From contig CM114271.1 of NCBI GenBank assembly GCA_050084515.1, positions 1,674,001 through 1,738,000 on the forward strand: 64,000 nt of DNA. Reading direction: 5' to 3'. Position 1 is the first letter of the stretch, and the number at the start of each line of letters is the position of its first letter. The position numbers and the translations under genes are program-made. A model generated the notes under the pieces. It did not search any database. It had not been told where the DNA came from and saw only the letters and a program-made list of their open reading frames with translations. Below are positions 34,390 to 47,899 of this stretch, piece by piece. This stretch comes from Blasia pusilla (taxonomy: Eukaryota).

Positions 34390-37300
34390 AATTCTCTTTG
34401 AAGGCTAGAATATCCTCTATGCGACCTCTTGAGATAACATTTGCCACACATGTGCATGATCCTCATCTATCTCAGTTGCCTCCATATCTTCTTCTTGACT
34501 AAATCTAGCTCTAGACAACATGTCAGCTACTGAGTTCTCTTTCCCAGTTATATGCTTGAATTGTGGATTCATGGACCTAATGTAGGCTATCCAACGTAGC
34601 ATGGCTATATCTGGAGTCCTACAATTCGCAATCATACCCAACAGAGGTAGACAATCAACCTCAAGAAATACATAAGCTCCCATAATACCCTTCTCAGCTT
34701 TCATTGCAGTTACAACTCCCCAAAGTTCTCTCTTTACTTGAGGGTACCTCCTCTCTCATTCTGTGAGTGTACGAGCTCCAAACCTTGTCGGAAATCTTCT
34801 TCCTTCCGTTTCATCCTGGCCAACTTCCCACCCAATAGCAATAGGGCTAGTGTCCACTGTGATGATAATAGGTCTTCCGCATTTATAACTCATTTGTCGT
34901 AGAACTAGTGGCGACTTCAATGCCTCCTTCAACTGCATCATTGCTGCTCCTTGCTTCTTCTCCCAAGTGAACTTTTTCTTCTTTCTCAACAGCTCATACA
35001 AAGGATCAAATATGTGGCCAAAATGAGGAATCCACACCGATAAAACACACAAGCTCCTAAAAACCTTCTCACTTCGGTGACGTTTTAGCATTCTCGTATC
35101 CTCCCGATGACATCAACTTTTGCAGGATTAGGTTTTCAGGCCAAACTCTCCACAAAGATGACCCACTACCACAATTTGAGGAACTCCAAAGCTACACTTT
35201 TCTCCATAAAGAGTAAGATTGACCTCTTCTAGTCTTGTTAGGATCATATCCACATCACGAATATGATCAGACACAAACTTTCTACATCTATCTTTCACAA
35301 CCCTCTCATTCCTATCTTCTATTGCACATCCCTTTATAGGAATATCATCTACAAAAGGAATGGTCTTCTCAGGAATGAATTCTCTCAAGATTTTATTCAT
35401 TGCACTCTACATGTGAGCGACAAAATTTGTTGCTCCTTGAGGTAATGTGCACATTCTTACAAGCCCAAGTGGAGTGCGCATAGTGATAATATCTCTACTC
35501 TCCATAGCTAGTTGGAATTTATCATATTATGAGTGCAAATCTTCTATCAAATAGATACCACGGGCTGCAAAAGCTTTTGCGACTTCATCTATTCTAGGCT
35601 TCGCTCCCATATTTTGAATGGTTACCTTATTTGCTGGTTGCATATCTTGAATGAATCGGAGAGCTCCTGATTTCTTCGGCACACTGAACCATCAAGTCGA
35701 GTAAGGCCCCATAGATGGCTCTAAGATACCCATCTTTATCTTCTCCTTCAATAACTCAATCAGCTTGGGAATCATAGCTCGTGGTACTAGTATAGGTTTC
35801 AAATCCCAAGGCACATATGGAACTGTGAAAATTACCATCGGTGCCACCACACTCGTGTCTACACAACCAATTTCTTGTGTAGTAAAAGAGAAGGACTTAC
35901 CATGTCTCTTGAACTTCTCCCGAAAGCTTTTCCTTTCAATTTTTGCGAGAAACTCACCCCCTCCAATTTGCAGACGATCTAGCGTCTCTTCTGTGAACTT
36001 GTGTCCGATCTTCCTGACATCCCGTAGACTTGGCTCCAGTGATGCACGTTCTACTTGTTTTCCACAACCCTCTGGTAGTTGAGTAGCCATTGGTTTCATC
36101 TTCCGGGCCATCGTCTTGTATTTCATGTGCACTCGTGCCTCCATGGGATGTTCTTCAACCTCAAACTTGTGCTCTTCCTCTTCCTTCTCCGTAATTCATA
36201 TCCATTTTCTCCTTCCATAAACCTTGATATTTCTTCATGCAACTCACGCGAGTGAATTGTAATCATACTTGTATCCAATGAATCGGTGCTCATCTAGGTG
36301 AACATCTCTTCAAGACTATCCCAAAACTCTCTTCTTCATACATCCCACTAATGAACTCTTCATCTAATAGAACATCCTTACATTTTAACAAACCCTTTTT
36401 TTTCCATAAAACATCTTTTCTTTTCATTCATTTCTTTCATCATTTGGAATGTACTAGACCACGAAGAAAAACATTGAGAAAACCCACACCTAAACATATA
36501 TGATTCTTCCCCTTTGCTTGCGGAAGACTCTTTCTTTTCTCTGCACCCCCATATTCCCGCTCTACAAAAGTGCTAACTAAAAATCCGAAAACTCCTTCTC
36601 TACCTTCATAGGATCATCTCTCAACTTCTCCCTATTCCTTTTATGATCTACTCGTACAGTAAGGAATTGAACTGATCTTGTTCCATCTTGACTTCTAATA
36701 CGGGCATAATGAGACCAATCATCCATGATTTTGGTCTCCATTCTAGATGCTGTGATGTAAGGTTGCCCAAGAATCGTAGAATAAGGAGCTCCATTCTAAA
36801 CAAAAAAATTTTGCTCAATCAACACATCTCCGATACGAGTTTTGACGGATGGACAAGCACCGTAGAGTTCACCATTTTGGTTGTTAGCCACTCGTGGTAC
36901 CCATCCATGCCTTGTATCAATTGTCCATATCCCTTTGTCATATACACTTCGCGACATGATGTTGATCTCCGAACCATTATCAACGAGAGCCAAAACTGAC
37001 TCTTGGAGAGAGCCAAGTCGAAATCTAGCCTCCGTCGTTGCACGTGCCCAATATGACCGAGAATAGTGTCCAACATTGTGCGTTTCTTCACCTTTTTCTA
37101 TCAAGGTTTTTCTTACTCTTGCCTCTTCTTCCCGTAAGTCAAGCTTTTGTCCAAAATCTTGGCAAAGCTCTTCATCTTCTTCTTCTGTGATGTCAGTATC
37201 CAAAACCCTCACCATCACCATATCTGCAGTCATCTGCCTCTTCCTTTTGATCACATCTATGATCAACTCATGAAAGTCACGTTTGGCTATGCCCAAAACT

Positions 37301-39076
37301 TCCCTTAGAGAAAACTCTATTTTTGCATCCAAAATCCTCTCCTCAAGAATCTCCTTCAAATTCGTGTTTGTCTCGATATCAGACTACACCTTGTATGTAA
37401 GAGTCCTACCCTTGGTCTTCTGAGGAGACCTCAATTCGTTCCCCTTCATCCCTGCTTCTTTGACTTGAGAATCCCTCATAGATTCAAATGTGGAAGGTCC
37501 TTCTTCTCTTGATGGTTGTGCCTCCGGTTGCCTTTTTCTTCTTATGGTCCTCGCTCTTCTTGCAGCTTCCTTACCATCAACACCATTATTATCGCGTCTC
37601 CTCTTCTTCTCCATTCTAGCATCTTGCCAACTCACATGGTTCTCTTGTGCTAGGTATGCTTTAACAGACCTAGCTTCCATTGGATCATCCCATCCAGTCA
37701 GATGACGGATAGTCTCTGCCCCTCGTACCATTGCTTCTCGAGGAAATTGTAATGATTCACTTTTAGCTACAGATACAATAGGCGCTTTTATTTTTACTGC
37801 AAAGGTATCAGAATCTAATGCCGTAGTGACAACTCCTACTTGAATTCTCACAAAGCCTTTCATTCTTCCTCTACCAAAGTTGATATTCAACGGCATACTA
37901 GTATGCGTTAAATGAATCTTCTCATCTTTAAAGTTTACTATTCCATTCCTAAGAGCTTCTGAAAACTCCTCACATTCTTGACGTTGATGCTCAACATTAT
38001 CATACCATATACATCTTCTGACAAAGTTTTTATTTTTCAAAGCAACACCAACACTATGATTCCTATCTAGTTTAAGCTCAGTCATTTCTACTCTCAATTC
38101 TCTTAAATCTTTCACCAACTCATCAATGACAGAATCTTCAAGTTTTGCTGACATGGGCTTAAGCAATGGATTTGAAATTGATACCTCCGACTTGAATAAT
38201 GCGGTTCTACCTCTACTTCGACTTTGCTTTGTGAGGATAACAACATCTTCTTCCACTTTCTTCCAACTAGTGCTGACACCTCCTTCTTCGGTCTTGTCCG
38301 CCAATATTATGAAAAGCTTATCCTCCAAATTCTCATCTGCCGTCTCAAGGAATAACTTTGTTTTCCTCAAGTCTAGAGTTGCCCTTTCAAAAGAAGAAAG
38401 CTGAAAAAACCGTTTCTCAAACTCACGCAACAATTTATTTGGAGTCATTGCCTTCCTTGGACATTGCTCTATCCATTCTAGAAAACTCCTCTTAGTCACC
38501 TGATCCGCATCATCATCGAAGAATTCTCCTTTCAACAACTGTTCATACTCCTCCCACAAGGTTGGATTTTCTATTCTCAACTTCTTTACTTGACTACGAA
38601 TCTTTGGTATTATAGCTAACTCAAAACTTGACACCATATCACCTTTGAATACACGGTTTATCTCCATCTCACAGTCGTACTTTCGAACATATTTGGTGAT
38701 GTTCCTCCCATCAAATCTCCCCAACTTTTTTACGATCGCTTGGAGAGCCTTTGTTGATCTTTGCTCTCCTATGTGAACTCCTCCTTATTAGCTCAACAAT
38801 GTTGTCAAAGTTTGGAGAAGATCTTCAGCTCCCTTAGTTCTCATTGATCAAATATTACCAAAAGTAGTCATCTTGATAAGACTTCAACTTGCAAAAACAG
38901 TCTACCACTTGAATGATCTCTCAGTAGAAGCACCATTTGTCGTGTCGAGAGTCTTTCTTCGAGTAAGGATGGATCTTCTAACTGCGACAGACGTGATCGA
39001 TGCAAAATGCACTCTCTAAAAAGTTTTTTTTTTTCAAAACAAAATTATTATGTATACTCTTCATTCTCTTACGACA
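34390..39076 (-). mobile_element. Gypsy family B degenerate element: LTR remnant, PBS-like site, gag, protease, RT, RNase H; integrase missing
   Basis: Gag GRFDGRNITKY (38724-37384), protease LALVDNGSEINIMS, RT GILEPSMGPYS...IPFVDDIPIK, RNase H IITVDTSPIAIGW...HITGKENSVADMLSR. TGTCGT...ACGACA LTR remnant at 38938-39076, followed on the minus strand by TGGTGCTTCTACTGAGAG. Confidence 0.9.
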
Positions 39077-40290
39077 CGTATCACATATAAAAATGTCGAG
39101 ACGATCACTTCTTCGTAACATCGGACCCTAAAATTTTTAACTATAAAATCCCTATAAATTATTTTTCGCTTGTACACAAGGAAGATGACACATCTAATGT
39201 TAAACCCCACTTGTTTAGGCTTATTGACGTCAATGGATTGTTATATAAAGACATACAAAATAGAATTCCATATCCTTCCATATGTGACCATAAAAAAATC
39301 ATTGGAGGTGGGGATTGCATGATTTGATTCATGAACGCTTCCCCATAATGATAAATTAAATAACAAATGAACCAATGCCTATCTTCAAATAATACATTCA
39401 CATGGTAAAGATTAAAGAAAAAAAAGTCGAGCAAAATTCCTGCTCCACTCTTGTCCATACTTAATAGACATTCTCTATTCTCTTCAAGAATGGATTTTGA
39501 TAAAATTATTTTCCCAAGAAGAATAATTCACCCTCTTGAAAAAATAACAAGTCAAAACATTCATTATTTTAATATGACTAGAGTCCTGTAAGGTGACAAA
39601 TCTCTTATGTCCATACACACACCACACTTTAAAAATCTTTTGAAAAAAAAATCATGGTCAAGTTATTCTCCCAAGATGGATGATCTACTCTCATTGGAAT
39701 AACAAGCAATCTCAAAATCATACACTCAAAAGAAACAAGATATTCAAGATATGAAATAGAAAATGATAAACCTTTGAAAATCTTTCATTTTTATATATTC
39801 ACAAGAAATCCACAAAAGTACAAAATAAAACTAATCTTATCTTGTGCCACATGTCTATCGTACAAGATGTAACCAATCATATTTTGACACAAATAAATTT
39901 CCTCTTGATCCTACAGACAGACTCTCTTTGAACCCCAAGAAATCTGAAGGAAGTCATTGAGGGAATCTTCCTGATAAAAACCCCTATGAAAGCCATTGTA
40001 CTTGACTTCAATACCTATCTTGGAGTCACCAACGGACAATAACTAAAGATGCATGGGGTTTACTTCTAATATGTCTTGAATATAAGTAGTCGTCATATAA
40101 ACGTTACATGTAGTGTCACCACCAATTGATGCAAAACGCGAAAAACATAGAAGTATCCAACAACGGGATTAACATATCTAGCCATGTATCTGTTGCATAG
40201 GGTGGGTATACATCCGAGGTGGTAGCTTTCATGCCGCAATTCAGGATGTAATAGTTAACAATTCCACAATAGTCACAACATCTCATTTTA

Positions 40291-42656
40291 TTAGCGAGCG
40301 ATGAACATTGGGAAGTCCAACGCTTCAGTAAGTTCTAAATGTCTGACCATATCCTGCAAACAGACCTCTCTTTTGTTTTCATAACGCCGGCAAGTCTCAA
40401 CTTTGAGTGAGTCTTGCAATAAAACATCCTTTATTTATGTGTTATGCTTGAATATCTTACCCTTTTGCTAACTGTAGTCGTGGCCATTAAGTTCCTAGAT
40501 ATGATGCAGATGGAATTGTCGATTGTAGAGTAGTTTGATTGTAGTTAAACAGGTTTTAGACTCACCAAGTATACATATTACAAATGCTTATGCTGGCTGG
40601 AAGTGGGACAGAACACTGGTTTGGGTATGTAGGTTCAGAACGCAAGTCTGAAACATACTAAGAAAGTATGTTGAGTTAATGCAAAGCAGAAAGGTGGCAA
40701 GAAAACGGCAGCAAAAATAGTGTGACCACTAACTTGATGCAATTGAGGCACTAAAGCAATGAATGGTAATTAGTTTGCAGGTCTGCAATGATGGCAGCTA
40801 CAAGTGTTAGGATGTCACCGTACTGCAACTGTATTACCAAACCAATGAAGGCAATGAAGTTGTAGGTTTCGGTTTTAGTTTGGTAAGGACTACATGACAA
40901 GGTCTGGGAGACACTCCGAAAAACACTGGATATAAGTATGCTGAGAGTTCGCAGAGCATGAAGAAGGAAGTTGAACAGCAAATCATTCACCCAGAATGAT
41001 GTGGTGTGGCTGTAAGTAAGTCATCCAACCAAACATTACTTGATGGTGCAGGTTCCCTCTGGGAAACGTACAGCATTGGAGTAAAGTAGCAAAGAACTCC
41101 CCATATGAATTACATCCGTATCAGATTACAGATTACTCAAGTCTGGATTTAGTAAGAGCTCGTCACGGTTTTTAGATACTGTGTGAAGCCAGGTAGAATA
41201 TGCAGTGTTGTAATTACAATATATGGTGTATTAAAATTGAGTTACATTGATCAGAAGGCCAAAGTGTATTGTCTGATAGAAGCTTGTTCAATTTTGTAAA
41301 GAAGAGGAATAATGGATGTAACCAGGAGCTGGATTCATTGCAAGCTCTGCACAAATGTAAGGAGCAGGCTGCACCAGAGTCCATTCACGGTTATCACCAC
41401 AAGGAAGTGGGCAGCATGGTTGGTGATTGTAATAAGCAGCAAATTTTGCTGTCAGTACGTAACGCAATGCGCGGATATAAGGAATAAAGGTTCACCAAGA
41501 ATGGGTGTCGGACGTCTTCTTCTCGGCAGTTAGCGAAGGTCCTCGGATAATGAAGTGATTGAGCACTATGAAAATGCTCAGCAACACAGCAGAGCAAGCT
41601 GACATTAGCTACAGAGGTTACGTAGAGATAGACAACTCCAACGTCAGGGAGGCCAGAGTCTCGCCAAGCTATGTCAGTACATGGAAAGAGGGAAAATATT
41701 ATTAGTTTGTGGCTCAACCGTGCCGAAAGTCGTGAGACCGAACTAGCTGATGTAAGACACAAGCATAAATAAGACCAGTGCAATGTCTGCCCAAAGTGCC
41801 GCTCAGTTACGACTAAGGCAACCGCAACACAAAGATCCAAACAGCCTGGAGAAATTACGAAATCATGCAAGCAACAAACATATATTTACTGAGCTAGTTT
41901 TTTTCACAGCAGTGTAAAAAGGAAATGAACCGAAACATGTCAGGATTCGAACATGCAGAGAAATTGCATAATTGAACATCACATACCTGTTTGCAACGAA
42001 AAGGAGCAGCGAAAGGTGACACACCTGAATGCCGGATTTACTACCTTATAAGCCTTGCAAAGCCGACTACACACAAAAGCGGCATGTTAGTTTATAGCAT
42101 CCACAATTCACATGTGATATTCTGTCCATGCGAAAACTATGATCGGGAATAGCAGACAGGATTGAACAGCCGAGCGACAAAAGTGCGTCGCTGAAATAAA
42201 GAGTTCTCTAATAACTCGGCGGGTAGTCCACGGGAGGCCGCACAGACTACTTCGAATTACAGGGCAACTTGAGACAGCAGTAACTGAATTAGAAATGTGG
42301 CGAGTGCGAAGTACAACGTGCATTGTGGTGCCGCGAACACTCAGAATGTCCGAGCAGTTAGAAGTAAAATGCATAAGGCGTCTCTGGAGGGCGCACCTGG
42401 TTCATAACGCATCCATGAAAACAAATGCATCCGACCTACAGCCTGACTTTCAGTTCTGCTTATCAAATTCGAACTTGCCGACTGCTGTTACACAGAATTC
42501 CCCTCGTAGTCATCTCGAGACAAACCTAAAACCCTCACAAGCATCCAACGGACATGCACTTGTCACGTACGACAATTTAACACATGGACACCTTGGTGTG
42601 CCTCTGCACTGAAACGGACGTGTCACGACCACTGTCGAGAGCTAACTTTACATACC
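40291..42656 (-). other. Possible multi-exon transcription unit or decayed gene of unknown identity
   Basis: Series of canonical acceptor/donor pairs on the minus strand (e.g. 40782-40734, 40647-40566, 40494-40461, 40353-40291, 42435-42397). No family recognised. Confidence 0.3.
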
Positions 42657-43293
42657 CTCAGTAGGAACCGTAACGAGAAAAAAAAATTGTGTGCATCATC
42701 GTCTTCCTTTCCCTCACTGTACATTAATTTTTAAATACTTTTTTTTATTTCCCGTGTACTAGTGTACCACAAGTCGCCAGGTTACGCGAACCATCTACGT
42801 GGCCTGGTCCTATTCCCTTGGGTCCTTGTGGGGTTCGTGGCTACCCGAAGAACTTCCTTCCCGGTGTATACCGGCTGCGGGCCGGTACACCGGCTGATTT
42901 TCAGCCGGTTACCGGCGTCCATAAGGACAGGTCCAATGGAGAACAGGTGGTCGTCTCTGCATTTTCCTACCAACTGTTACAGGTCACAATTTTCCCGGCG
43001 TGGGCGAGATGACGCAGCTTTTTACTGGCAGGTTGGTGTACAAGAATTCATGGCGGAAGCGGTGAGAATGGGGTGCGAATTACTATGAAAGTGTTGTTAC
43101 GACTGATCCGAAGAAGGAATGTGGAGGAAACAAAACTCTGTAAGCTGAATAATTTGAGTGAATTGAAACGGAATGGATCCATTGAGCGGAGAAGATTGTA
43201 GGAGTTGTTGGTACTTGTAGGCTCCTTGAAATTTTTGTGTTCGCTGTGCTGAAGATCCAGAAGCATCCGAGATAGAGGAGGAGCTCCAAATCA

Positions 43294-44874
43294 ATGGAGT
43301 ATGGAAAATCAATAGCGAGACTTTGAGGTGTTACAAGTCTTTTCTCCTGTTATGATTTGGAAGGGCTACGTCGTGTATGTCAATTTGGTAGCAGGAAGTG
43401 CGCTTCCTTAGTGTACTTTCATCTCTGCGGGGGTTCATTGCAAATCTTGTTAACCTGGGACGCACATTATCCGCGTCCTAGCAGTCGCCTATTTTGTACC
43501 CCGGCAGATTATTTTCGCGTTGCACTCCAAGTATGGACGTCAGTACAATTTCAGGAATAGGATCACGGTGGGACAGTCGATGGCTGCTTCATTATTCCCG
43601 TGATGAACGCAGGTGTTATTGATGAATAGGAAGGGACGACCGTCTTATTGTATGTAATGATCGTGACCGCGGTAGCAGCAGGGATTGGAAGTGCAACGGC
43701 TCATGGAATTTGTTTTCGAAATTACGACATCATTTCCGTAGCGCCACACGCAGGATGCCGTCCTCACTGGAACCGGCGTCTTTGGTTTGAAATAATAGAT
43801 CCCTGAGGAGGTTTACGAGTGTTCCACGTTTGTTCAGCCATGACAAGACAAGACGTCACGAGGACATTATTCAAAACTCTAACACTAAATCTAGAAGCCT
43901 AGGAATCGTGTAAACTGTTCATTCTTTGTATGGACATTTGATGACTCTACAGGAATGAGAGGCCCCTTGTCAATGAGCGAGAAAAAAAATTGGTGCATGA
44001 ACTTACTCAATTCATGGCACGGATATACAGTTACTGCATGATCACTACAATTCATATTTTCACGGACAATACTACAGTAGAGAGATTGTGTACAGGAAGT
44101 TACGACATGACAGAATTTTAGGCTCCAAAACTACATTAAACCTTTTTTGGTTTTGCAGGTGTTTTGCCTTTCATTGTGCGTGTATTTACTAACTACTCCT
44201 CTTCTTCCTCTTTAATGCGACCCTGCTAGTGTGCTGCTTGAGCATCTTTATCAAGGTTTACAGGATCCCGGCGATCACTCTCTGCAACTACCTCAAATCA
44301 GGCTCTACTGAGACGGTGCATGTGCTGTTAGAAGATGAAACCAGTGTGACGAGAGAAGTGGCCTCCGCTGCAGCCATCGCATCCGTTGTGGCTGGTTGAC
44401 GTACATCAACCGACCCACTCGTTCAAAAACGTGTTGAAACAACTCTCAGTTGCTGACCGTGGCTCTGTCGTCCATCGTCACACTCGCCATATTTCGGGGC
44501 TTTGTAACAGAGAATATAGATTCCAGCTCCTTCAAGGTGTTATACTCAATTCTCATTCGTCGTCCCGGACGTTATCAGCAATTCACTAGCCGCGTATTAC
44601 GTGCCCGAGAAGCAATCGGTTGTGGTGTGGCCCGACATATTCTAATATCGTTTTCTGTTACCACACTGGTTCGCTCATTCCTGCGTTTTCATCTTTATCT
44701 TGATAACATTTCTCGGTCTCACTGATAGCTATGTCAGGCACATATCTCACCATAGTTGCGCCTAAGGCAGTGAAAGCAGGCGATGCGAAGGCGGCAGGAA
44801 TCACGATGGGGCTGTCTCTAGCCACAGGTTTGGTAATCGGAGCTGGATTGGGATGGGTCCGGCTCCTTACGTAG
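43294..44874 (+). pseudogene. ENT1: Equilibrative nucleoside transporter (plant ENT1-like) pseudogene retaining its intron (43785-44158)
   Basis: GYVVYVNLVAGSALP*CTFISA (LPW>LP*), HIIRVLAVAY, P*RHTQDAVLTGTGVFG/VLPFIVRVFT, IVTLAIFRGFVTENI, TFLGLTDSY, IVAPKAV...AAGITMGLSLATGLVIGAGLGW are colinear with plant ENT1. Multiple stops and frameshifts. Start position uncertain. Confidence 0.88.
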
Positions 44875-47093
44875 GCCCCGCTTTCCAATACAAACTCTGT
44901 CAAGTTCCATCGTTTCTAAGTATGCCAGACACAATTATCTGTCGATGTTGTCTATGCCAGCCTATTGCATAGTGCCATCGCACCTATATGATTAAAAAAT
45001 CAACTTTATAACTCGTCCAGAAACCTGAAAGGTCCAACTGCAGAAACAGCGTTCCGGTCTCATTATTGTACGAAAGTGCCTTTGAGAAAACAGAGCTGGG
45101 AGTATCGATGGGTTCTGGAGTAACCCTCTTTTACTTGGGGGCAATGGTACTATTCATTGGGTTCTAGAGTAAAAATGGATGGGAGCATCCATCCACTTCT
45201 ATTCCAACTCGAGGAGATTCAAAGAATCAATACCTGAGGGAGGAGAAAATTTAGTTCCCTTGAAACCTATCTTCACCAGTAACAGTGGAAATGCCTACGA
45301 GGACCGGGAAATGTTTAGGCTGTGCCAATATTAGGGATTCATCTATTGTGCACTCCAAAGTAAGGCGGTGGGAGAAAAGGTTGACACTGGACTCCAGGGA
45401 GTGTGGGGCGGCGGGGCCTGCCGACATTCCCTCAAGGACCCAGGCGCTCATCTCTGCCTAAAACAGGAAATGGTCGACCACCAATGCCTTTACTGATCAG
45501 TTCGAGTCAATTGAGACAGCCACCACTTGATATTTGGTGGACACATCTGAAGCTTTGCCGCTTCTTTCTTCCTAGTATCAGTGAGTGGATTCCGCTGTAA
45601 TCCTGAGTGCGACCTTTTGTCAGCTACTAATTGTGGGGCGTGGGAGAACTATATATGATACCATAGCTAATCTGTGAGATTAGAATCGTTGCACATCATT
45701 TTAGTCCCTTCGCTGTTGGATAACCTCACGCGACGAACTAGAACAGAAAGTCGTCAGATGGATACTCGTCCTTCTAGAGTATTGTGCCAGATCACACAAT
45801 GGAAACAGAAATAACTAGAAGCTTTGTGCTATTGATTCTGCCACATCTTCAGAGTTAAAGTTTGTTAAAGCTCCTCCTCTCCTGACGAGTAAAAATGTGC
45901 TTTCTCTACCGACTCACTTTCCTTGGTTTTAGTTCTCGGTTGGGTGTCCCCTGGGGCTTCAGTTCTTGGTGGGGTACCGTCTGGATCATTCGTGGCTATT
46001 TGGAAACATCCATATTACTCCATGCATGCGTTATGGGATGGATAGCCACCTACTCATTCCTCGCAGGTTGTGGTGTGGATTGCTTGATTCCCTAACGTTC
46101 TTCTTGTCCTTTCGATGTTACTTGATTCCGTGGACTTCATAGTTATTTTCTTGGCTCACTCCTAACGAGTTGTCAATTTAAGCTTACTTGATTCCTTGGT
46201 TCTTAAAGTGGCATACCCTTCTCATTCGTGGGAGTTTGTGGATGACTAAATTCCTTGAATCTATCTATTCGAGTCTTTGATGTTGCTGCAATTCTAGTAT
46301 CTCCACAAAAAATTCCCATCAAATTCTTGGTTTGTGCAATTTCTCCTATCTATGATGCCACACATATTGTAAATGGTGTTCCTTTAGACCTCGAGGCTCC
46401 TTACATACAGATTATGGGTAATCGTGGTTGCATTTATGGAGTCCCCCTATTCTTGAACGCTTGGCATAAACCATTCGTCCATCAAAAAAAGGTGAAAAAA
46501 AGCAGCCACTACTTCTTGTGACGTTAGGAATAGGACTCCATTTGTACTTGCGACTTTCCCATTTCTACTTTACCTTTCCATGCCATCACTTTCTCGTGCA
46601 CCTCTAGGACTTCTAACTTTTGGAGTGGGCACCATAGAGAAAACAAAATAGAAGTGCATTAGAAAGGAGATAAGGAGAATCGAATAGAAATATGCTACGG
46701 CATAAGTATTATGAAAGGAAAGAGCCACCTGTAGGCTAGTACTATCTTGGACTCGTGCACCACCATAGCCTTTTCACATCTACTAAAATTGTGAAGAAAG
46801 TGTGAAAACAATATTGTACATTTTATAAACCTGAATATGGATATTTTTATATCCATAATGAGGTTGATAAGTTCATGATTTTCACACTAGGTACGAAAAT
46901 CATTAACTAGTATGATAGTACAACCGGAAGAAAAAAAATCTTCCAAGTTCCTCTTTCAAGCCCATCACATGGGATACACTAGTTGTGAAAAACGATGTCA
47001 AATACAACTAGCTTTGCATTCTCCGTCTAAAGCATGGCTTCTTGGCCCATCACATATAAATTCACCATCTCGTCCATATGATATTAGGGGGTA

Positions 47094-47518
47094 TGTCGTG
47101 CGCATAAACATCGCTACAAAACATACATCATCGTCGACATACATACACACAAACACGCACGATCCGATGTTGACTCATGGCATCCAAACAATCAGACAAG
47201 AAATACCAAAATATCTCCCCCTCCCAAGCTCTCTCCTCGGTAATCTATGCTCGCACGTCACCTCCTTGGATCTTGACCTGTTGTAGTGGGTCAAGGGCCA
47301 CTTCCCAAAGTGGAAAGTAAACTCTACCAAACATGGAAACTTGCCCAAAATAGTAAGTTTCTCTATATGGCTCCAAATGAGCCGAAACGAAGGGAAAACC
47401 TGCTCTCTTAGGTTTCCCAAGACCTTAGCAGGTCATCCTCAACCTCTTGAGTTTGTCCTCCTCTACACGCAAAGGCGCTCTACCAGATCTCTCCGATCTA
47501 TCCTAAAAAGTCGTGATA
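47094..47518 (-). repeat. LTR of Gypsy family A
   Basis: 47220-47518 is highly similar to 55990-56267. Termini TGTCGT...GTGATA. Its left part is repeated in the adjacent LTR 47521-47730. Confidence 0.75.
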
Positions 47519-47899
47519 GCTGTCGTGCGCATACACATCGTTGTCGACAAACATACATACAAACACGCATGAATTAGCATACATACAAACATCGTGCGTG
47601 TTTGTATGTATGCTAACTCATGGCATCCAAACAATGAGACAAGAAGTACCAAAATATCTCCAATCATCCCCTAGTTGGTGGTTAGGTCCCTCTAACTCTA
47701 GATAGCCATCTATCCCTACCTACCATGACATACATCTCTCGGACGCTAAGAGCAAGAAGGTCAGGTGCTCATGTGGCCCCATCGTTAGTCGCCTTCTTGT
47801 CAACCACATCACAGACAAAAGTTAAAATCTAGAACTACCTACCTTATGTACATCTGGGACACATCCATTGTCCCTTGAGAACCCTAGTGAGAGGTGGCG

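Noticed and set aside
39159-39458. ORF with VNVLFEDRHWFICYLIY, reminiscent of the Ulp1 protease HW motif
   Set aside because: Single short motif in AT-rich degenerate DNA; no downstream QxxxxDCG motif found.
41935-41960. GTTCGAATCC tRNA T-loop/B-box motif on the minus strand
   Set aside because: No cloverleaf, acceptor stem or A-box could be built around it.
42762-43088. ORF containing LFPW, considered as the CPA last exon
   Set aside because: The true last exon (ELRRKLPITRTQFAW) is at 17116-17232. This ORF has no other similarity.
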